A DNA stretch of 48,651 nucleotides, counting the filler, from Jimgerdemannia flammicorona (Eukaryota), in NCBI GenBank assembly GCA_003990765.1. It is 2 parts of 2 records of this genome, joined end to end, with 100 filler letters (N's around TTAATTAATTAA, not from the genome) between each part and the next. Parts side by side here need not be neighbours in the genome. Positions count along the whole stretch, not along the records: positions 1 to 24,278 come from RBNJ01000994.1; 1 more part is not named here. One strand, written 5' to 3'. Below are positions 1-11,474 of this stretch, piece by piece. The notes under the pieces were generated by a model, which made no database searches, was not told the origin of the DNA, and saw only the letters and a list, made by a program, of their open reading frames with translations. How positions within the stretch are numbered: position 1 is the stretch's first letter; every line of letters starts with the position of its first letter. A program made the position numbers and the translations under genes.

Positions 1-999
1 GAACTTGGCCATCTAGGAGGAACAAATACATATGACAAGGCAAGAAGAACAATATGGTGGCCAGGGATGGAGGAAGATATCAGACAATTCGTCAAGACCT
101 GTGACAAATGCCAGAAACAGAAACAAGACCAATGAAATCAAACCCCAGGATTAGCACACATAGAACCAGTACCATTTGCCCACATTGCAATGGATGTAAT
201 CGGCCCTCTACCCTTGACCCTGACTGGTAACTGATACATCATTGTCATCATAGACCTTTTTACGAAGTGGATAGAAGCAGGACCTCTCAAGGAAGCCAAT
301 GCACAGTCAATCGCCGATTTCTTCCACAAGGAAATCATCTGCCGGTTCAAGACCCCAACACAAGTAACTACAGATAGAGGAACAGAATTCGTGAACCAGC
401 TCTTTGAGGTTCTCTACAAGAAGTACAAGATCCAGCACATTCGGACCACAGCCTATCACCCTCAAGGAAACGGACAAGTAGAAAGGACCAACAAAACCCT
501 CAAGAATGTTATCGCCAAGATCTGTGATAACTATGAGAATTAGGATCACTATCTGCCAATAGCATTATCTGCTCTCTGGGATATCCAATCACAAAGCACC
601 CACTTTACCCCTCGAGAAATGCTGTTCAGAGAAGAATGTTCTCAAGGAACCCTATCATCTAATAGAGATACTGTATGGAAATATGTGGACATGGAAATAT
701 GGAGACTACACCAAATCAGGAAGAAGGCTGAGGATTACATAACCAAGGTGCAGACACTACAATGGAGGAATGCGGAAAAGACCCACAAGCCCTTGGAGAT
801 TATCCAGATAGGAGACAAGGTCCTGGTGTATTGGAACATGGTAGAAGCTTTATGGTCACGAAAACTGGAGCCCAAGTGGGAAGGACCTTACCTTGTGCAA
901 GATATAAAAGGGACCACCTTTTGGCTACGAAAACCCTCAGGCACAATAATCCCCACCACCATTCACTGAAACTGACTCAAGAAATATCATGGCCAGTAA
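1..999 (+). pseudogene. Gypsy family A copy 1, integrase (partial, cut by window start)
   Basis: Shows HLGG..WWPGM..CDKCQ (HHCC), IAMDVIGPL, TDRGTEF, YHPQGNGQVER and KLEPKWEGPY. Internal stops sit mostly at CGA>TGA positions; true stop is TAA at 997-999. Collinear with the integrase of copy 3 (about 30975-31973). Confidence 0.95.
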
Positions 1000-1450
1000 C
1001 AAAAGTACCGCGATGGCACTCAAGATCACTAGTGCTACCCAAAGAGCCATCGAAAGACAATGGCACACCACCGAGCCTCCGACCATAGAGCTATACTATG
1101 AGGATATTCAGAGTATTGTTCAGACTCATCTCTCTTGGATCTCGCACTTTAGAGTCTATCAATATTGGGCAGAATTCCAAGAGTACTTCAAGCTTGGACA
1201 GGTACTCAATCAGGATCCAGCAATGACTAAGGAGGACTGGATTGCCAAGTGTCAACTCTTCCACTCACAGATCACTATTACCAAAAGGATCCACAAGTTA
1301 TTCTGAGAAGATGAAGCAGTGATAGACCACCTGAGAGGAGTAACTTCCACTGACTTCGAGAAAGTGAGAAGACATCATTGGGAAACAGTCATATAGCAAA
1401 TTGCACAGTATAAGACCATACAGACCATTGAAGCCTGAAAGTTTGAATAG
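989..1450 (+). pseudogene. Family A accessory ORF3 (about 153 aa, unknown function) between integrase and PPT
   Basis: ATG overlaps the last pol codons. Reading MASNKST..QEYFKLGQVL..KRIHKLF(R)EDEAVIDHLRGVTSTDFEKV.. reaches TAG 1448-1450, the same length as 31963-32424. Internal stops are transition-type. Confidence 0.8.
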
Positions 1451-1487
1451 ATGCCTCAGGGACGAGACCATCCATTCAGGAGGAAGT

Positions 1488-1964
1488 TGTGATGGTACAG
1501 CCAGATTTGGAAGAAGGAAATAGGGAATAGACACTTGATTGCACCCATTCCCAAAGTAGTATAGCATTATAGTTAGCAGTCCTCGATTTCAACATTGTCT
1601 AAATTCTTAGACATTGTCTAAATCTTAGACATTATCCAAATCGAATACCCCGATTTAGTATAGTATTTAGACATTGTCCAAATGTTTCAACAAAGTCCAA
1701 ATAACTCATTTATTACTTAGCCACTCTCTCATAGCTAGCAAACTTGTATAAATAACCCAGTATCTTTGAGTGAATAAACCTCAGATCGAAATAGTTCAAA
1801 GTAAAGAGATAAGCAAAGGAACTAGTAAGCCTGCAGGCAGATACACTTCGAACTCACACACCCTTCCCTGCAACTTCAAGAGACTCTGTGAGAGTCAGAA
1901 CAGTTAAGTTTTCAAGATACAGAAATCCAACGTACTTTCAAGAGTAAGCATCCACTACGTTACA
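1488..1964 (+). repeat. Family A 3' LTR of copy 1 (variant U3 module)
   Basis: Follows PPT AGGAGGAAGT; TGTG...TACA termini; TATAAATA near 1748 and AATAAA near 1773. Homologous to 3141-3608, 26250-26716 and 32461-32927. Confidence 0.95.
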
Positions 1965-3140
1965 CTACATACAGACTATTTTCATACTCAATTACTAGTT
2001 CACTAGTAATAGAAAAATATATTCTGATAGAATCAATGTTGTAGGAATAGTAAGATAATTATATATTATTTGGAAAAGATTTATATATATCTTTTGATTC
2101 TACTATTATTAATCAAATATATCTATACTTAAATTGACAGGATATTCTAAAAAATAACTAAATATTATAGATATATATAAATATTTATATCAAATTAATA
2201 ATATTGAGCAATATATCCAAAAGCCAATACTTATAATTTAAGCTCATCATCCACACTGATGTATTTTTTCTTCTCATAGATTAAACTAAGAAAATCATCA
2301 TCTGAAATTTATATACCAAGAGTATTATTAAGCTTATAATTCCTTTCTCAAATATCTTCTATTTCATACTTCTACTTATTAATTAACTTCTTATTTCATT
2401 TTATATTTAAAATAATATATATTAATATATTGATCTAAGGCTGTAGTAATACTATATAGTGATATAGTTTTTCAGTAATACTTGAGTAGTTTCAAATAGA
2501 TATTTTCAGCAGCAGTTACCATAATCTATAAGAAAAAAAAAAAAAACTCCTCTAAATTCTTCTGAAATTATCTTCAAAATTCTTCTGAATTATTTTCAAA
2601 ATTAAACTTTATTATATTGTTCACCATATCTATATTCTTCAATAGTATCATCAAGATAATTATATAACTAATTAAATAATAGAATTATAGCTACTATTAT
2701 AGAATATTTTGATACTGATATAGCTTTTGTCACTTTGGCAAAAGATTTGAGAAATTAGTAAATTAATTCAAATTATTGCTACATATCTTCAGATATATTA
2801 CTAAGCTATCTATCTATCATATATAGAATACTCAAGCCCTGCTAGTTAAAAGAGTTAGTCAGTATTGAAATAATTTCCAATTTCATTCTAAGTTAGTAGA
2901 AATTCAAAATAAACATATCTTATAAATTTTTATAATATATATCATATTGTATATTGAACTCTATCTCATTGAAATATCCAAAAGAGACTTTAAAGTAGAA
3001 ATTCCAGATAATTCACAAGCTTTCTAAGTTATGTCTATTATTGTACTAAATTCTTGATCTTTTAGTTAATCTTCCATAATATTATAATAGATTCATTAAT
3101 AGAACCAAGAGTATCTTAAACAATGAGATTCAATATATAT
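1965..3140 (-). pseudogene. Heavily mutated hAT transposase relic (catalytic region to C-terminal dimerisation domain)
   Basis: Minus-strand translation gives ILNLIV*D, LDISMR*SSIYNM (cf. LDVxTRWNSTYxM), FLKSFAKVTKAIS.SKYS, KLLKYY..TALDQ (cf. ATVLDPR) and NYLTIPTTLILSEYIFS (cf. DYLAIPATSVPSERxFS). Confidence 0.8.
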
Positions 3141-5585
3141 TGTGATGGTATAGCCAGATTTGGAAGAAGGAAATAGGGAATAGACACTTGATCACACCCA
3201 GTCCCAAAGTAGTATAGTCACATAGTTAACAGTCCTCAATTTCGCAACTTGCTAAATATTTCACAAAGTGCAAGATCGAGCTCTCCAATATAGTATAGCA
3301 TTTCGCAACTGGCGAAACATTTTACAAAGTGTTAAATGACTCATAACTTAGCCATGTAACTCAGTAACCATCTCATAGCTAGCAAACTTATATAAATAAC
3401 CCAGTATCTTCGAGTGAATAAACCTCAGATCGAAATAGTTCAAAAGAAAAGAGATAGTAAAGGAACTAGTAAGCCTGCAGGCAGATATACTTTGAACTCA
3501 CCCACCCTCCCCTGCAACTTCAAGAGACTCTGTGAGAGTCAGAACAGTCAAGTTTTCAAGATACAGAAATCTGACGTACTTTCAAGAGTAAGCATCCACT
3601 ATGTTACAACTTGGTGCCCATTGGCTGGTGATTCAAGACGAATCCCTCACTTTCAAGCTGAACAATGAACAACTGCCACCACCCAAACAACCATACAAAC
3701 TGAGCCCCAATACCCAGACAAGATGGATATGAGATCACCAGTATTCCATGGATATACCTCAGACAAATCGATCATCACCTTTATTGATGATTTTGAGCAG
3801 TATGCTGCTGTAAGGACCCTGACAGCAGCACAGCAAGTAGCCCTCATGCCCTTCAGCCTACGAGGCCCTGCCAGAGTAGTATTCACAGCTGCAACCTATA
3901 CAGGAAATGATACCAATACTATACTGACAGCACAGAAGACCTGGCTCCAAAATACATATTATACAGACAAGATCAAGCAAGCTCTGAAGGATTAGCTCAA
4001 TACAACATGCCAAGGAATGAGCGAGGATCCAAATACATTCTATACCAGAATTCGATATTAGATAATCCTTGCAGACTATGCTGCTGCTATCCGAGATCAA
4101 GTAGCCGAAGCAACCTTTATGAAAGGAGTTCATCCAGAAATAGCCATGGCCATCCACTCATCACCAGTGATTCTGGATCTGCCACAGAAGGTCACCTATG
4201 CTCAGCGATATTGGATAGCCAGACATCCACAAGACCATACAATGGAAAGGGTCACAGGAGTCAGAATTGAGGCACCCAAGGCAACCAGTGTGATCTCTAC
4301 CACAATGATCAATCAGAACACACCTCAGCCAAAAGCTACAGAGCAGCAGAAGAACAGTGACCCTATGGAGGAACTCGCCAAAAGGTTTGCTGAAATGACC
4401 ACCCATCTGGGAGACATGGTAAAGGAAATTCGAGGAAGAGACCACTGCCCTGTTCAGAAGTTTGCCGCCACCTCAGATAAGAAGAAAGATACCTGCTATA
4501 CTTGTGGAGAGGAAGGCCACTACTCCTATGAATGCATGAGTGAAACCAAGCACAAGGCTCAACCAAGCAATGCTACACAAAACAAGAAGCAGGCCAATAT
4601 AATTACCTTCAAGGAGATCGGATATTCTGACAAAGAAGAATGGGAGGCCTATCCTGCTCAGACCACCAAGAAGGATGCTCGCAAAGAACCCTACAAGAGA
4701 CCACCAGGAAGATCCAAGAAGAACTCAGTAGAAAAGCAAATGGAAACTGCCACAGAAAGTCAAGTCAAAGAGATGGACCAAGATACAGAGCTGGAGCAAG
4801 CAGTTCAAGATATCATCTGAGGAACCACTCCAGCCAGTGAAGGAGAAAAAGAAAGGAAGCTTTGCAAGACAAAGACCTTTAAGTATGATATCTTCAAGGA
4901 TCTTAGCCAACAAAAGATCAATGCAACCTTTGGTCAGCTTGCAGAAATCCCAACATTCAGACAGCAAATGAGGTTTGGACTTGCCGAAATAACTAAGGAA
5001 CAGGGATGGAAGATAACCAAGGCCAATAACACTCAAGAGGACTCAGGAGAAGAAAGTGAGGACAATTGCAAAACCTCTACATATGCAACATGCCAAATCA
5101 AAGATAGAATCTTTGAGGCCATCATTGATACAGGAGCAGGAGGATGCCTCCTCAGCAAGAAGGCAGCAGACCGCCTAGGTTGGGATGTAGAAGAAGCAAC
5201 AAAGCTGGTGTTCGTCACAGCCAATGGCACAAGAGCCATACCTCTGAGAAAGATCTGAGATGTTCCCATCAAGATTGGAAGAGCAACCATCCCAGTAGAT
5301 GTAATCATAATCAATGCCACCAACTATGACATCCTCATCAGCAATCAATGGCTTCACAAAGCCAAGGCAGTAATCGATCTCAACACCCAGAAGATGCAGA
5401 TCACCTACCAGGGACAGAAGATATGAATTCCCATCAATGTCAACAAAGGAGTCCTGCCTGACATAGAGGAAGAAGAGAGTGAGCAAGAGGAAGCTTATAT
5501 GGTGACTACTCCAAAGAAGAAGAAAGTTGGATGGATGAGTGAAGAAGAATGGTACAAGAAGATGGCAGAAGGCTATGTACCACCA
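3141..5585 (+). mobile_element. Gypsy family A copy 2, 5' half: LTR 3141-3608, PBS from 3612, gag, CCHC knuckle, protease; truncated by the LINE
   Basis: LTR TG..CA; PBS TGGTGCCCATTGGCTGG; gag with CYTCGEEGHYSYEC; protease IIDTGAGG and DILISNQWL. Homology to copy 3 stops near 5585. Confidence 0.93.
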
Positions 5586-5645
5586 GGTTACACAACCTTT
5601 GGAAGGTACTTTCAACATTGTTTTCAGCAAAAAGAGACTAACAAC

Positions 5646-7670
5646 ATGGCAACCGATAGGCAACCTGAGGTGCATACTGGGCAGGGTGGCCCAAGCACTT
5701 TCGACTGGCAGCAGGTGGGGAGGGGTCCAGGCCTGGGGGGAGGTATGAGGGGCCTGCTGGTGGGTGGATGTGAAAGGGGTGGAGGAGGTGGTGGAGGATC
5801 AGGATCTAGGAGAGCAAGCTTCACAGAGATGGTGAAGGGGAGACAGCCGATGTCAGGGCTGGAGAGCTGGCTGAGGAAGGGCAAGGAGACCAAGAAGGCA
5901 ATGGTGCCGGGGGGTGTGACCCTTGGAAGGGGGGGCGGTGGAGCTGTGGGAGTAGTGGCTGGGGGGGGTGTGACTGCTGATGGTGTTGGGACTGTCAATC
6001 TGGAAAAAAATCCAGATGTGACAGCTGATGGCGAGACTGAGTGGCTGAGGCTTAGAAGACAAGGGGACTTGGCAGATGGTGTAATGGGTCTGGCGGTGGC
6101 CCTGTTACTCAAGAAATTGATTTCAGCATTCACGGTCACACTGTGCTTCTGGGGCCTGGTAGTGATGGTGAAAATGGTACTGGGGCTCATCACTAAGCAG
6201 GTGGCAGATGTGGTATCTGTGAAGTTTTTGAAGGGACTGGAAGGAGTGGAGGTGGGTTTTGAGGAGATGGCACCACTGGAGGAGGTGCTGAAGGTTGGAT
6301 TGGTGGTTGGGAAGGTGTGTGTTCCAATGGCATGGTGCCTGAAGTGGGACCCCAGGGTGGTCCAACTGCTGGTGAAAGGAGTGCTGATGGTGACAGTGAT
6401 GGAGACAAGGAAGAGAGTTGAGGATTTCATGGCGGAATATGGTGAGGTGGTGGATATCGGGTTCAGGGTCTGGGAAGGGACCTCACTCAGGACTGGTGAC
6501 ATGGATGTGAGGATTCGGCTGGCTGGGAAAGAAGCCACTGGGAAGGCAAGGGATTGGCCTTCGGCGATGGTCTGGGGAGTAATCCTGTGTAAGGTGACAA
6601 GAGTAAAGGGGAGTGAGGAGGAGGAGGAGGATTTACTGGAAGCACTAGAAGAGCTGGGGGGTGCTGTAGAGAGGCGAGCGAAGGCTTGAGAGGCTTTTGA
6701 AGAGGCAACACACTTGGAGGTAGTGGATGCAAAGTGGATTCGAGTGACCAAGGAGCAGTGGGAAAGGGCTCAGGGGCGTAAGAGGCAGAAGAAGTTGCTG
6801 GCCAAGCTGGATAGCAGACCACTGGGGGAGGTGAGCAAGGTGAAGGGCACAGGGGGAGCTGAAGCGAGTGTCTGGGCCAGTGAGGGGGAGGGGAAGGACA
6901 AGAAGGAGGCAGGGGAGGATAAGAAGAAGGCTGGGAAGGACTCATATGCAGATGGTACACTGGAGGTGTGGGAGGAGGACTGTGTGGACTCCCCTACCCC
7001 TACCCCTCTCATCAGGCATGGCCCGGCTTCCCGGAATAGAGTGGTGGAAGATGTACCAATGCAAGGGACCCAGAGGGTGTAATTCAGAGTTCCAGAGATA
7101 GTGTATGGGGGACAGGTGGTGGCGGCTGGCAAGGAGGAACTGGTGGATGTCCTGGAAGTATGGGATGAGTCTGCAAGTGCTGGAGCTGACACCACAATGT
7201 TGGATGGAGGGAGGCCAGCGACTCCAGGGGGGAAAGAGGTGGAGAACTTGCTTTGGATGTGCCGGATGATGAATAACCTGGCGGCAGAAGAGTTGGGGGA
7301 AGTGGACTTGCAAGTGATGAGTGATGAGCATTGGGCAGGAATACTGCAGGGGGATGGCATAATGAAGGCATTGAAGGCGGAAATTCTTGCAGTGTACCTG
7401 GAGGAGGAAGGGTATGAGGTAGATAAGGAGAGGGAGGAGGAGATGGTGGTTGTTGCTGGAGAAAGGACTGAATACTGCTGGAACAAGCGACATGGACTAC
7501 AGCTCTAGCAGGAAGCATATATCGAATACTGAGAGGAGTTTGAGGAGAAGGCCAATGGAGAGATGAATGAGCTGCTGGCTGGATTGGAGGCTCAGAGGGC
7601 AGAAGAGGAGGAGGTGGCTGCGGAACATAATTTGGACAAAGCACAGGAGGAGATGAGCATGGAGCAGTAG
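5646..7670 (+). pseudogene. LINE ORF1 (Gly-rich N-terminus, RRM-like region, acidic C-terminus)
   Basis: One frame joins the ORF-track pieces 5499-6689, 6714-7082 and 7101-7508. SFTEMVKG motif; LLVKGV..AEYGEVVDI..RTGDMDVRI resembles Tx1-type ORF1. Confidence 0.75.
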
Positions 7671-7703
7671 AGGCTGATTGATGACATCACATATATCATC
7701 AAT

Positions 7704-10700
7704 ATGAACAGTACAATCAATATTTTCTCTTTGAACATGAATGGGTTATGGGGTGCTTCTCAACATAGGAACATTTTTACTTGGATGAAGGGATTGGAGG
7801 CTGATCTCTTCCTCTTGCAGGATGTCCAGTGTGAAGATGACTCTGATAGGTTAGAATGGATAAAGGAATGGGGAGGTGTGGCGATTTGGAAGGGCAAGGT
7901 TGGGATTTTGGTTAGGAAAAGCAGAGGGGAGATACAGAATGTGTGGTGCTGGGGGGAGAGACTGATCTGGGGAGAGTAGATTCAGGCAGGCTGGGAGCCA
8001 GTTATGATTGGCTCCTGCTACTGCCCTGTGGTATGGGGTGAGAGGGTAGATTGAGTGAAAGGCTTACAGGAGAGTGGATTACTTGTGGAGGCTGGGGTGG
8101 ATGTGCTCGGAGGAGATTTCAATATGGTTAAGGATATACTGCTGGATAGAACAGATGGAGGACAAGGTGCTGAGAGCAGGAGTGGAGGGCTGGTGGTATG
8201 GGAGGAAGTAGAAAGGCTAAGTGCACTATTGGATATTGAAAGGGAGTGCTGGGGGAGTAGGAGGGTCTATACACATTGGGCAGGGGGTCTGGGGACTAGA
8301 ATCAACTGGATTTTGACAGCCTGCTGCTGGGGACTAGATGTTTGAAAATCATTGGAGATGGAATGATGTCCATGGTCAGATCACTGGGGGCTTTTGGGAC
8401 AGGGGTGCTTTGGGGGAAGTGGGGATGGGCCTGGACATTGGCGCCTCAATTCCTCTTTGTTAGATGACAAGACCCGGTGGGATGAGTGGGCTAAAGACAT
8501 TCAACTGAGGGTGGAGAACTGGAGGCAGGAAGGGGCCACAGTTGGGACTCGGTGGATGAGGATGAAGGAAATGGCCAGGATTTACTGGAAGGAGGCTAGC
8601 AAGGAGGCAGGGAAGCAGTGAAAACAAAGAGTATGCTGGGTCTCTGCTAGATTGATGAGGCTCCTGGAGGAGTGGGCAAGGCTGACGATGTTGGAGGAAG
8701 AAGAAGATTGGAGATTAATGAGGGTGAAAATGGAGGTTGGGGAACTTCAACAGGTGCTGCGGGAGGAGGAAGAGGCAAGGGTACAGAGCTTGGCAGCACA
8801 TCTTCACTGACAGGATCTGGAGGAAGGAGAGAGGCCTTCCAAGCTTCTTACAAGGGCCCTTAAGGTGAGGTGGGTCCAGTAATGGTGGGAAGGGGTATTG
8901 GACTCTGATGGTGTACTGGTGTGTAGTGTACAGGACATTCTTGGATCGCTGAAGGAGAGATGGAGTGGATTGTGGAGTGAGGAGGAGGGTGGGGTGGATG
9001 CGAGGGTGGGGTGGATGCTGCTACAATTGAACGAATATTGGAGAATTGGCACCCACCACAAGTCGAAGGGCTAGGGGACCTGGTGATGTCTGTACAGGAG
9101 AATGAGATCCACCAGGTTCTTGCCGTGACAACATCCAGTATGGCACCTGGGGAGGATGGTCTGCCCTGGGACTTTTGGAAGTGAATGGTTGAAGTCCCAG
9201 GGGTGATGGGAGAGATGACAGCATTGTGTGACCTTATTCTACAGACAGAAAGGTGGGTGGGGGAGCAGGACCTTGGGCTGGTGACACTGCTCTACAAAAA
9301 CAAAGGAAGGCAGGAGGATTGGAAGAACTAGCGGCCGATAATGCTGCTAGATATGGACAGAAAGTTGGTAACTAAGGTGGTGGTGGTGAGACTACAGAAG
9401 GTGGCCCAGCAAGTCATGGGTGTTGAGCAGAGGGGATTTGTGAGTGGTCGGCTTATCAGGGATGGCACTGTCTGGGTGCATGGCATTATCGAAGGGGCAA
9501 GGACCTGTGGACTGGATGGGCATCTAGTTTTCTTGGACCAGAAGAAGGCATATGACTGGGTGCGAAGAGTCTGGCTGGAGAAAGTTTTGGATAGAATGGG
9601 GGTACCACATCAATTTCGGTCAACAATGGTCAGCCTACTGGAAGGGAGTAGGGCTGCACTCATATGTAATGGACATAGAGGGGTAGCATTTCCCTTGGGA
9701 AGGGGGGTGCCCTAGGGGGATCCATTGTCCCCCATTTTGTATGCTCTTTCTCTGGAACCACTTATAGACTGAATTAGGTGGAGGATAGTGGGGCTCTCTG
9801 TCTTTGGCATAGGATGGAAGGTTGGGGCCTTTGCTGACAACATGGTGGTGGGTTTGGATTCAATTGCTGATGTTGAGGAGCTCAAGAGGACTGTGGAGTG
9901 GTATGAGGAGTATTCTGGAGCTAAGCTGAATTGGCATAAGTGTGAGACGATGGTGCTCAGTAATGGCCTCGTGGGAGGGGAAGTTATAGGAACAATTGTC
10001 CCCACCAGTGAAGCAGTGTGGTACTTAGGTATCTACTTGTCAGTCTATGGGTCATTTCTGCCCAAGCTTTAGTGAGAGCAGAGGATTGGAATCTGGGAGG
10101 AGGCCCTGCAGAGTTGGGGGGGACAACATTTTTCTCTGGCAGGACAGGTCTCGATTTTGAATGTCTACTGGCTGCCAAAGTTGTGGTACCTGGTATATCA
10201 TCTGGACTTCCCAGCCTGGGTAGTGAAGAGATTGATGAAGTTGGCGAAGAGGTGGATTTGGGCTGGCAGGCAGAGTCAAATTAGTTGGGAGACCTTGTCC
10301 CTACCAGTGGCAAGAGGCGGTCTTGGGCTGGTTGACTTCCCAAAACAGTTACACTGCTTGAGAGTATGGTGGCTGAAGAGGGCGGTGGAGTTGAGAGGAG
10401 GTGGATGGGTTTCTCTGTTACAGAAGTTATGGGAGAGGTGGGCATCGCCAAGGGGCTCAACTGGTGATCTCCTCTCCTTGGTTGGGCTTCAGAACACTGC
10501 CCAACTATGATATAAAGGATTTTGGTGGGGAATTGCAGAAGGAGTGTACTGCATTGGTATTCATTGGCAGGGGAATGAAGGTGAGAAGGATTGGGACCCG
10601 GCAATGTGGAGATAGGACCATATACTGCTGAGTGGTACTTCTTTAGTTGAGTTCGACATTGGTGATAGAATGGAATGCCAAAGGGGACCAGGCCAGGATC

Positions 10701-11377
10701 TGTGGCCTAGCAGTTGGCAAGGAGTTGGAATTGGCGAAGAGTGGAACTGGCATGGTGTTTGGACCTGGAGTGCTGCAGTAAGAGCATGGCTGCCACCAAA
10801 GTACTGGATGGTCTGGTGGCGCATGCTGTAGAGGAATATTATGCTCAATTTTTGCTCAGGGCACCTTGTTGTAGGGGGTTGCTTCGACTGTGAGGAGTGC
10901 CATAATGTAGAGCAGGAGGGAGGTTATGTACAGATGCCAGAACATTGGCTAGGAGAGTGTGAGGTGTTGGGGGATTTTTGGCAGACAATTGGAGATCGAT
11001 TAGAGGTACAGAGTAGGAGTGATGAAGTACGGGGGTGATGAGAGGACTTGAAGGATAGATTGGTAGGGGGGATAGGGAAGGAGTGGCTTACTTTAGGTTG
11101 GGCTTTGGCTATTTGGGTGGGGCTAACCAGTCATTGGCTATTTTTTTTTGAGGATGGGAGGAGACAGAGCTTGGGGGACTGGCTGCTGCGATGGCATAGG
11201 CTTATAGAAGACACCTTAACAGGCTGGTGGCTGGGTTGGGAGATGTGGGGTGGTCAGAGGCACCGCTTGGTGGAGAAAATCTGTGGGCAAAGTGGGGGGA
11301 GAGTGGGGGTAGTTGGTGAAAGGGTGATTTTCATTCGTGAGGAAGTAGGGAGGGGCCCCCCTGTGGGGATTGGATAG
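7704..11377 (+). pseudogene. LINE ORF2: APE endonuclease, reverse transcriptase, C-terminal Cys/His finger
   Basis: Endonuclease: SLNMNGL, LLQD, GGDFN, SDH, WRLNSSLL. RT: PGEDGLP, N*RPIMLL, QRGFV.GR, LDQKKAYD, GVP*GDPLSP, FADN, GAKLN..K, YLG. C-terminal C..C..H...C. Confidence 0.93.
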
Positions 11378-11474
11378 TGGGTCAGAATGATGTATATTTA
11401 TTCATAGACTGGTAATAAAGGCGGAGTCCAAGTGACTATAAAAAAAAAAATATATATATATATATAATTACACA

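Larger units (their letters stand above)
5586..11450 (+). mobile_element. Near full-length L1/Tx1-like LINE, inactivated
   Basis: ORF1 and ORF2, short 3' UTR with AATAAA at 11414, poly(A) at 11440-11450, strongly G-rich sense strand. Confidence 0.93.

Noticed and set aside
3414..3668. Open frame through R-U5-PBS in phase with gag
   Set aside because: No ATG, and indels among LTR copies (near 3442 and 24400) break the frame.
5499..6689. 396-aa ORF fusing Gypsy pol residues in frame to LINE ORF1
   Set aside because: Chance junction product (one in three frames). Upstream pol has stops and ORF1 has its own ATG at 5646.
5624..7644. Long Ser/Pro/Thr-rich minus-strand ORFs (375, 238 and 186 aa)
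   Set aside because: Antisense shadows of the G-rich LINE ORF1.
11463..11472. TATAATTAC as TSD partner of TGTAATTCC at 12666
   Set aside because: Two mismatches in nine bases inside a TA tract, and the Gypsy sequence does not continue to the left.
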